Source: Fonticula alba ATCC 38817 | Lineage: Eukaryota; Protista; Nucleariida | Strand: one strand, 5' to 3' | DNA length: 40,322 bases | Assembly: GCA_000388065.2 (NCBI GenBank) | Contig: KB932203.1 | Shown: positions 31,651 to 40,322 of the stretch, one piece after another | How positions within the stretch are numbered: the first letter of the stretch is position 1 | How the letters are laid out: each line of letters begins with the position of its first letter | Notes under the pieces: model-generated | The model's database searches: none | The model's input: the letters and a program-made list of their open reading frames with translations, nothing else | Told to the model about the DNA's origin: nothing | Position numbers and translations under genes: made by a program

Positions 31651-32898
31651 TCAGGAAGGGGCAGGCTGGTTGCGGAGAACGTGCAGGAGGCTGGCCTGGA
31701 GGCTCGCCGAATCCGGTGTCCCGGCGCCAGGCGACTCGGGCGCTTGGGACAGGGGCACCGCCGCGTGGGCCACCGCCTGGCTGATGCCCTGCCGGAGCGC
31801 TTGGATGGACACCCGGCCCTGAGCGGCCATCGAGTCGCGCACAGCGCCCAGCAGCTCCGGAGGCAGGTGAATGAACCTGTCGGGCGAGCGGGTGAGCGGC
31901 CGGGCACGGGGCAAGGAAAGGCGTTGTCATGTCAGCGTCCGAAAAAGGCAAAGGGCGAGGAGGGGAAGGGGGGAAGAAGACAGACACGAACACACGCAGA
32001 CAGAGGGAGAGAGAGAGAGAGAGAGGGAGGGAGGGAGGGAAAGCAAGAAGGACAAACACCCCACGCACCGACCGCGGTTGTCAAAGATCCCAGGTAGCTC
32101 GGCTGATCGGGCCAACTCAGTCAGGAAGTCCACCAGGACCGGAGTCCCGAGACCCAGTTGAGCGGCGGCCGCTTCCACCAGGATCACACCCTGGCCCTGG
32201 GCCACCAGGCGCCGGATGTGCGCCAAATACCGGGCCCGGTCGGCCACAGCAATCGAGTCCTGCCCGGTGGCTGCGATGACCACCGACGCATCGTACACCG
32301 AGTCTTGGAAGCGGGCTCGACGCCGCGCTCGCTCCTCGCGAGCGCGGCGGCGCGCCGCGTCTGCCCGGACATCGCGGTCGCCAGATTCGAGGACGCCCCC
32401 ATCGGTGACCTCGTCCCCCAGGCCATCCTCGTCGTCCTCATCGCTGAGCAGCACCACATCCTCCGCTGGGTCGAAGGCGCCCAGGGGGCCTGCCGCCCGG
32501 TCCGGCCCGGCCAAGCCACCCGGCGCCACAGCCTGCGCGGGAGGGGCCCCGCGCGCACGGGCCGCCATCGCCGCGTCCCGCTGCGAGGTGAGCCGCGTGC
32601 TGGCCGACAGGAGTTGCTCGTATGAGGCGTCAGCCGACACCAGCCCCAGCGCCAGGAGTTCCTGCCGCTGACGGTCCAGATGTCGGCGCTGCTGCCGGGA
32701 CATCGTTCGAAGGGTCTGCCCGCGGCCGGGCGCCCGGGCCGAGGCCAAGTGGCGAGCCCGAGCTGCCCGCATCAAGGGGTGGTCCGTTTTCCGAAGCCAG
32801 AAATAATGCCCGAAGAAGAGCGCCGACAGAAGCAGCGCCCCCCAGGTCCCCGGGCTGATCGGATGGCCGACCAAGCCCGAGAGCGTGGGGCCGATCAT
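31651..32898 (-). CDS. DDRGK1: DDRGK domain-containing protein 1 (UFBP1, UFMylation E3 adaptor)
   Basis: Exons 32898-32069 and 31876-31651 (phase-2 intron). N-terminal hydrophobic anchor GALLLSALFFGHYFWL, charged helical middle, and C-terminal winged helix VILVEAAAAQLGL...LPGIFDNRGRFIHLPPELLGAVRDSMAAQGRVSIQALRQ, matching the family GVxDDRGKFIYI...GRVSIxEL pattern. Confidence 0.88.
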
Positions 32899-33583
32899 TG
32901 ATCAATGGGTGGAGAAGGGAAGGGAGGGACGGAGGGAGGGGGGGGGGGAGGGGGCGAAGAGAAGGGATGACCCCCACCTGGGTTGGCCACTGGTGGCTTT
33001 GGACGCGCCCTTTTCTCCACCGAGAGGGCGAGGGGGGAGTGAGGGAGCAACCTCGCGCTTCGGCCAGTTCGTGCGCCAGGGGGACGGGGGGTAGACGCCT
33101 GCCTCCGTGCTCTCTTGCCAGCCATCTCTCGACCGCCATCCGTGTGCACCCTCGGCGGGTGGCGGGTCGATCGCCGGCCCGAATGCCACCAACGTTGGAT
33201 TGGCTTGGAGCAAATAATCCTTCCAACATGGACGCGTGATCAGCGGGAGTGGGTCACATTTCACGCACGCACATTGTGGTCCTCGCCCCCCCCCCACCCG
33301 GCTCAGATCCCCCGCCAGTGTGCGGCTTGACCAACGGCCGGGGTCCAAGGAGGAGTGCGATCTTGGGCCCCTGCCCCTCTGGACGCCACCCAAGTGCGGG
33401 CTGCTCATGGCAAGGACCCGCCGCGGGGGCCGCACGGTCATCTAGCTGCCTCCCCCCCTCCTCCCCTCCCTCTCTCTCTCTCTCTCTCTCTCTGCCCATC
33501 CATCACCACGGCCATTTAAACATACACGCGCACGCCTCCCCTCTCCCTCCCTCCCTCCCTCCCTCCCTCAACAAAGCCTAGCG

Positions 33584-35220
33584 ATGTCTGATCCTGACCG
33601 TCCCGCTGATGGCGAGACTCCCTCTCCTGTCCCCCCCGTCGACGCGACCCCCGCCGCTGCGGCTGCCAGTGCCCCTGCTGGCGGTGATGACACAGCCATC
33701 GCCGAGGACAATACCCCCCGCCCTCGGCACATCTGCAGCGGCCTGCGTGTGCCAGCCTCGCGCAAGCCTCTGGCCACGCTGCCAAAACGCCTGACCGATC
33801 TGACTGCCGAGGAGAAGCGCCTCACGACCACGGTGCATGCTCTGCTACGCAAGGCTCGGCCTCGGACCCCGGTGCCGGATTTGACCCCGCAGCTGTGGCT
33901 CCGTCGGCAGGCCGGCAGCCTGGTGGAGATTGGCGGCATTGCCGACTCGCCGTTGGCCCGCTGGTTCCTCGGTCTGGTGAAGAACAGCTGGCCCACCGAG
34001 GAGGAGCTCCTACTTGCCGGGGGTGACGCCATCGAGAAGGATCTTGCTCGGGGATTGGACTTCTTCGCACGTCGGGCGCCGGCTCTGTTTGATCTGCTCG
34101 GGACCAGCATCGCGGTGTGCGAGGCTTTCAGCCTGGCGGTGACGGCCGAGGATGAGGCTGAGGCCAAGGCTGACGCTGGGACTGGCACCAAGGCTGCGAC
34201 TGAAGTCGACACCGGGACTGGGACCGGAGCCAACGCCGAGGCTGGCACCCGGGCCGCGACCGAGGACAAGGTTGAATCCAATACCGATGCCGGTGCCGAT
34301 GCCGATGCCGGTGCCGATGCCGATGCCGGTGCCGGTGCCGGTGCCGACTCCAACACCAACTCCAAGGCTGATGCCGGTGGCGACTCCAAGGCTGATGCCA
34401 GCCCCGAGGCCGATGGCGACGCTGCCTGGGCTCACGCCGAACGCCAATACGCGCAGGCCGAGCACCGTCTGGCCCTGGGCCTGCGTCTCCTGCTGGGCGC
34501 CGAGCTGGCCGAGGTCCTTCTCTGGCGTGTGGGTGCCTTCTCCTTCTATGTGGCCAACATCATCGAGGGTGCCTTGAAGGAGCAGGGCGGCCTGATGGAG
34601 CAGGCGCCCAGCTGGCTGGCCGGGCGTGTGGCCCAGGGGACCAAGTACCTGCGCGCCCTGCACCGGGTCCACGATTACGACGCGCGCACGTGCATCCCCC
34701 TGCCGTACGGTGTCCGGCCGCTGACCGGGGCCGAACATCGCAGCCCTGCCCTGGATCTCGGCCCGTTGCAGTACATCCGCAACTCCAACTACACCTTGTC
34801 TTTGGTGTTCCTGGCCGAGATGGAACTCCTTCGCGAGGTGCTGGCGACGCCCTCCGAGCTGAACACCGACGCCGTACGTTGTCGGTCGTCTTTCATCCAT
34901 CGTGCACACGCGTGCGGTGGGGAGAGGGCGGAGAGCCTCCTGGGCCTTCACCCGCCCGGTCCCCATGTATATGCCACCCTCCCCCCCCCCCTCCCGAGCT
35001 GACCTTTACCCCACCGCCACTCCCCCTTTCTTTCTCTCTCTCTCTCTCTCCCTCGTATGGAACGACCGCAATGTAGACGGCCGAGGCGCTGCGCGCCTCC
35101 TTCCGCATGGCTGGCATGTATATCGCGGTGACCGAGCTTTCTGGCGGCCGCCAGGCCGGTTGGGAGCTGGAGCCTGCGCAGAAGCTCCGGGAACAGGTTG
35201 CCAAAAAGCTGGCCCTCTAG
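33584..35220 (+). CDS. Probable RIMOC1/C5orf51 (UPF0600) homologue, with an Ala/Asp/Gly-rich insertion
   Basis: Exons 33584-34873 and 35077-35220 (phase 0). Four colinear segments resemble human C5orf51 as I recall it: LLLGAELAEVLLWRVGAFSFY (vs LLGDELLECLSWRRGALLY), QGTKYLRAL (vs DGISYLLQM), SNYTLSLVFLAEM (vs SDIHLLAMMYSGEM), YIAVTELSGGRQAGWELEPAQKL (vs YVSVCEGPLKEQEWNTTNAKQIL). The CDS is solid; the family assignment is from memory. Confidence 0.68.
34270..34400 (+). repeat. Coding (GATGCC/GGTGCC)n repeat giving DAGADADAGADADAGAGAGA in the RIMOC1-like gene
   Basis: Read directly from the sequence. Confidence 0.85.
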
Positions 35221-35468
35221 ACCGGGCCAATATACATGGAGCCGACGGGGGGGGAGGGGCGGGAGGGCCACGGAAGTGTGCCATCCTGTGCGGCCAATCC
35301 ACCTCTCCAAGAATATGGCCAAGTGCCCGCAGTGGTGGGGATGGGGGGGGAGGGGCAGCACAGACGAGGTGCATGGTGTGCATGTGGACGGTGTATATTG
35401 TACATCGAGGTGAGAGCGCGCAGGGAGGGGGAGGGGGGGGGCGCCAGAGGCACACCAGTCCAAGTGGC

Positions 35469-37015
35469 TCAGAGCTTGACGAAGCTGGTCTTGCCGGCGA
35501 CGGTCTTGACGTTGAAGATGGCGCCGCTGGCGGGGCGCTCCTCGGTGCCCTTGGCCCAGGCGATAACCGCCCTGGGTGAGTCCGGTGGAGGGGCGGGGGG
35601 GGGGGGGGGGGAAGGGCGACACGAAAGTCAGACGGAGCGGCACCACGGGGGAGAGGGCATGAAGCGAGGGGGAGGGGGGAGCACGCACTCGGGGATGACG
35701 GTGATCGGGTTCCAGGAGGAGAAGTCGGTGTCGGCGGCGGCCCAGCTGCGGTTGCTAGGGGTGTCGAGGGTGTTGCTGTGGGGGCAAAGGGGACGCGAAG
35801 GGGGGAGCGTCAGCGACCGACGCAACAGGGAGGGAGGGAGAGGGAGAGAGAGAGAGAGAGAGGGGGGAGAGGGAGGGAGGGAGGGAAGAAGCGGCAGGCA
35901 TGCAGGTGGCCAGACGTACGGGAGGAAGCCCACGGCAATGGAGTCGGCAGGCATGCCAGAGTCAGCCTGGCCGAGGGAAGTCACCAGGTGGTGGACGGCG
36001 GCCTTGGCAAGACCGTAACCCATGAAGCCTGCGTACGAGCCGGTGGGGAGCGGAGGGGAGGGCGGGGGATCGTCAGATGTCGCAAGGGTAGGCCGGGGAC
36101 ATGCTGCGGGGAGGGACGCACCGGCAGTCGGCCCAAGGGCACCAGCAGAGCCCACCAGGGCAAGGATACCGTTGCTGGAGGAGGAGGAGGAGGAGGAGGA
36201 GAGTCCCGGAGGCGCGCGGAGCAAACAGGTGAAATCACAGAGCAGGGCGGGCCGGGGCGGTGAGGGAGGATGTCAGTGTGCAAGTCCAGCCCAATCGCCC
36301 AGCGGGCGGGCGGATGGGGAGCGGGGGGAGATGGAGCGCGGCGCGGAGGCCTGGGCCACACATACGCCTTCAGGCTGCTGCCGGCGATGGCGGCGGCCAC
36401 GGCACTGCTGACGATGCTCTGGCTGACAGAGGCATCGACGCCCTTGGCGAAAGCCACCGGGTCAGCCACCGAGCCGCCGACCCAGCCGCCGGCCGGGCAG
36501 ATGATCACGTCGTAGAGGTCCTTCTCGCGGAAGGCGGCCGGGATGGCCTCGAGCATGGCCTCCACGGAGTTGGTGGCGGCCGAGGCCACGATGATGTGCT
36601 TGCCATCGACGGAGGCCGTCTCGGCGCGGCTGACCTGGGTGATGTCCTGCATGCGACCGGTGGGCAGGGGACCGAAGGAGAGGGGCAATCGGGCAGGGTC
36701 AGTGATCGGGTGAAGCCCCGGCACGGGGGCCAGCACGGAGGCCGGGCGCCCGGACGGCCGCATGGGAGAGAGAGAGGGGGGGAGGGAGGGAGGGAGGGAG
36801 GGAGTGGGAGGAAGTGGGAGGGAGTGGGAGGAAGTGGGAGGAAGTGGGAGGGAGTGGGAGGAAGTGGGAGGGAGAGGGAGAGAGAGAGAGAGAGAGAGAG
36901 ACGTGGAGGAACAAGAGGAAGGGAGACGTACGTAGCCAGCGGTCTGGAAGGTCTCGACGCAGGCCTTGCCAAGGGCGCCCTGGCAGCCGATGATGAGGAC
37001 GGTGGGGGAGGTCAT
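35469..37015 (-). CDS. QDPR: Dihydropteridine reductase (SDR family)
   Basis: Exons 37015-36932, 36646-36366, 36174-36122, 36028-35920, 35775-35689, 35571-35469; phases consistent. Motifs IIGCQGALG, AGGWVGG, GYGLAKAAVHHL (YxxxK), SGMP, TLDTPSNR, DFSSWNP and RPASGAIFNVKT match DHPR. Confidence 0.95.
36780..36900. repeat. Purine-rich intronic repeat in QDPR intron 1: (GGGA)n, 10-bp GGGAG(G/A)(G/A)AGT-type units and (GA)n
   Basis: Read directly. Similar (CA)n, (GA)n and poly-C/G tracts fill most introns in the window. Confidence 0.9.
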
Positions 37016-37496
37016 GGTGGGCGGGGGGGGTGGGAGGGGGACGGAAGAGGCGAAGGCAGGTGGGATGCGGGACGTCTCGGTGCGGCCCCAGCCCCAAGGT
37101 CGCGCGCCCAGCCCGGTGGCCGAAGACCTGGGGCACTCTCTCCATTGCCCCTCCGACCAGGATCTGTCCTTCAGGACAGTGGCCTCCCCCCGTCCCCCGT
37201 CCCCCCCCCCCCTCCACCGGACACCAGGCACCCACAGGCTTGGGGCGCGCGCGCGGCCTCAGCCCTCCCCGTTCCCCCAGAGCAGGGGGCGATGAGACGG
37301 ACAAACGAGACCCGACCATCGGGGGGGAGTTGGCGGGGGGCCCCCCCTCCGGTGGCTAGTCGCCGCCACCGCCGGGAGCTGCACTGTCGATGTGTTGTCG
37401 GCCGAGCAAGTCACCTCGGCTTGGGGCGCACACGTGATGGGCCCATCGCCATGCCCCCGCGCACCTACCCACGCCCGACGCCACACACAGGGCTCG

Positions 37497-37534
<38 letters not shown>

Positions 37535-38097
37535 CACCCCCCCCCACCCCTGCCGTTGGCGCCTGCCCGCCCTGCTGCCCCCGATGTCTGTGCGTCGGCC
37601 GCTTGTCGCTGCTCGAACAAAAGGACCCACGGGAATGGCCCCGCCCAGGAGGCGGCGAGGGCGACGCGCAGGCGCAGTGCGCATGTGCCTGCACACGGGG
37701 GAAATGGTGTGGATTCTTTGGAGTTTTTCTTGTTTGTGGTGCCACAGCGCAGATGGTACAAGGGGGGAGGGGAAGGCAGGTAACGGGGGGAGGAGAAGGC
37801 CGCAGCCGAGCTGAAATGAGGAAGCCGCGCGCGCGCGCGCATGGAGAGGAGGGAGGGAGAAGGGAGGGGCACACACGGAGAGGCGCACAACCCTTGCGCC
37901 GTCTCCTCTCGCTGGTGGGACTTCGGCGTTTGAGGGGAATGATGAAGGGGAGCGGGAGCGGGAGCGGGAGGGGGGCGATATGAGGGGAAAGGCGGCGATA
38001 GGGGCCTGGTGGTGGTGGTGGTGGCGGCGGCGGCGGCGGCGGCGGGGTAAGGCGCCCCGGCCCCTGGCCACGCACATGAACATGCACGCATCATACA

Positions 38098-38128
<31 letters not shown>

Positions 38129-38334
38129 GGACCCGCGCCGGGCCCCTGCACGCGACACACCATCCCACCTCGCTCCCCTCTCGCCCCGCCTTTAGCAGCC
38201 CCGCCCCGGCATTCGGCCACCCCCTTGTCCCGAATGCGGGGGGGAGGGGGGGGGGGGAAGAGAAGGGCCGCCAGGCACACTAGGGGACCACAGCGAGGGA
38301 AGTGAATTTGCGCCCAGGCACACAGACAGACCGC

Positions 38335-40252
38335 TTAGTAGACACGCTTGACCGGGGGCACGGGCTTGCACTCCTCCTCGTCGAGGGTGGTCTTGGTGAC
38401 ATCGCGGTACCAGATCTTGGTCTTGCCGGTGGTGGGGCAAGTGTAGGAGAGAGTGTGCTTGATCCAGTTGGCGTCGTCACGCTCGGGGAAGTCCTCGCGG
38501 GCGTGGGCACCGCGGGACTCCTTGCGCTCGCGGGCGGCGTAGATGGTCTGCACGGCGTTGAGCATGAGGTTCTGCAGCTCCAGGGTCTCGATCAGGTCGG
38601 TGTTCCAGACGACACCCTTGTCCTTGATGTAGACGTCCTTGAGGGTGGTGTTGATCTCGTCCATGCGCTCGCAACCCTCGGCCAGGGTCTCCTGGGTGCG
38701 GAAGACACCGGCATCCAGCTGCATGGTGCGCTGCATGTTGCCACGGATCTCGGCGGTCGAGAGGGTGCCCTCCTTGAAGCGGAGGTGGTCCAGGTTGGCG
38801 ATGGAGGCCTCGCCGGCGGTGTCCGGCAGGGGAGACAGCGCCTCGCCGGGCTTGTGGTTGTCGCGAATGTGCAGGGCACAAGCACGACCGAAGACCACGA
38901 TGTCCAGCAGGGAGTTGGCACCCAGACGGTTGGCACCGTGCACGGACACGCAGGCCGCCTCACCGGCGGCATAGAGGCCGGGCACGACGGTGTCCTTGCC
39001 GTCCTTGTTGTTGATCACCTGGCCGTGGTAGTTGGTGGGAATGCCACCCATGTTGTAGTGCACGGTCGGCAGGACGGGAATCGGCTCCTTGGTGACGTCG
39101 ACACCGGCGAAAATGGCCGCGGTCTCGGAAATACCCGGCAGGCGCTCGGCCAGCAGCTCCTTCGGCAGGTGGTGCAGGTTCAGGTGGATGTGGTCCTTGT
39201 TGGGGCCGACACCGCGACCCTCGCGGATCTCGATGGTCATGGCGCGGGAGACAACATCGCGCGAGGCCAGATCCTTGGCGGTGGGGGCATAGCGCTCCAT
39301 GAAGCGCTCACCCAGGGAGTTGGTCAGGTAGCCACCCTCACCGCGGGAACCCTCGGTGATGAGGCACCCGGCGCGGTAGATACCGGTCGGGTGGAACTGG
39401 ACAAACTCCTGGTCCTGCAGGGGCAGGCCAGCGCGGGTGACCATACCACCACCATCACCGGTGCAGGTGTGGGCCGAGGTGCAGGAGAAGTAGGCACGCC
39501 CGTAGCCACCGGTGGCCAGGACGGTGTTGTTGGCGCGGAAGCGGTGCAGGCTGCCGTCCTCCATGTTCATGGCGATGACACCGATGCAGGCGCCGGAGTC
39601 GTCCATGATCAGGTCCAGGGCGAAGTACTCGATGAAGAACTTGGTGTTGTGCTTGACGGCCTGGCCGTAGAGGGTGTGGAGGATGGCATGCCCGGTGCGA
39701 TCGGCCACCGCGCAGCAGCGGTACGCCTGGGACCCCTTGCCGAAGTTGAGGCTCTGCCCGCCGAAAGCGCGCTGGTAGATCTTGCCCTCCGGGGTGCGGG
39801 AGAAGGGGACACCGTAGTGCTCGAGCTCGATCACGGTGTTCGGGGCCTCCTTGCACATGTAGTGGATGGCGTCCTGGTCACCGAGCCAGTCGGACCCCTT
39901 GACGGTGTCGTACATGTGCCAGCGCCAGTCATCCTCGGTCATGTTGCCGAGAGCGGCGTTGACACCACCCTGGATGTGTGTGTGTGTGTGTGTGTGACGG
40001 GGGAGGGGGGGAGAATGAGTAAAGGGCCCACGGGAGTGGGGGGGGGGGAGGGGGCGCGGAGGGTGGAGGGGAGAGGGATGTTCGTACCTGGGCGGCAACA
40101 GTGTGCGAGCGGGTGGGGAAGAGCTTGGTGATGCAGGCAACGCGGTGACCGCCCTCGGCCAGACCGAAGGCAGCGCGGAGACCGGCACCACCGGCACCGA
40201 CGACGACGGCGTCATACTCGTGGTCGATGACCTTGTAGTCACCGGCGACGTG
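38335..40252 (-). CDS. SDHA: Succinate dehydrogenase flavoprotein subunit; 5' exon(s) lie beyond the window end
   Basis: Exons 40252-40088 and 39969-38335. Motifs [29 protein letters not shown] (covalent-FAD His), [46 protein letters not shown]-like segment, C-terminal VPPVKRVY*. Confidence 0.98.
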
Positions 40253-40322
40253 CTGTGTGTGTGCGTGTGTGCGCGCGCATATGAGGGGATGGAGCAAAGA
40301 GATGGCGGAGGGAGAGGGAGAG

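Noticed and set aside
37100-38300. Possible small gene between QDPR and SDHA
   Set aside because: Only low-complexity ORFs and microsatellites; no recognisable motif or consistent exon chain.
38302-40131. 609-aa plus-strand ORF overlapping SDHA
   Set aside because: Antisense shadow of a gene with strong GC3 bias; no independent features.
1-40322. CRISPR array, transposase, rRNA or tRNA genes
   Set aside because: No repeat-spacer array, transposase or RT motifs, terminal repeats or RNA-gene signatures seen.
1-40322. COX10 and SDHA as a respiratory gene cluster; poly-G tracts as functional G-quadruplexes
   Set aside because: The two genes are about 37 kb apart with unrelated genes between. 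Poly-G/C runs are ubiquitous in introns here and mainly mark assembly gaps.

Overview
A GC-rich, intron-rich eukaryotic scaffold with six N gaps (1680-2359, 8151-8365, 8816-9140, 13525-13730, 23373-23477, 25526-25565). It is not prokaryotic, so most of the six-frame ORF track is exon fragments or antisense noise. I rebuilt the genes by hand from splice signals. In order: COX10 (+), MND1 (-), a head-to-head pair of paralogous receptor kinases with furin-like cysteine-rich repeats (A on -, 4672-13496; B on +, 15929-23746), a short dystrophin-like WW/EF-hand/ZZ gene (+, 26066-31089), DDRGK1 (-), a probable RIMOC1/C5orf51 homologue (+), QDPR (-) and the 3' part of SDHA (-). Gene style and content suggest an amoeboid opisthokont such as Fonticula; this is inference only. 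Top candidate discovery: an 11-exon, phase-consistent gene encoding the dystrophin C-terminal module with no actin-binding or spectrin region, a split ZZ finger and a possible syntrophin-binding motif. Also notable: the kinase pair has divergent N-terminal ectodomains but a roughly 99% identical stalk, and there is a dense RTGAWTCAY motif cluster at 23.9-24.1 kb. Kinase A contains Illumina adapter sequence and chimeric duplications, so its oddities need read-level checking. All homology calls rest on motifs recalled from memory, not on database searches.
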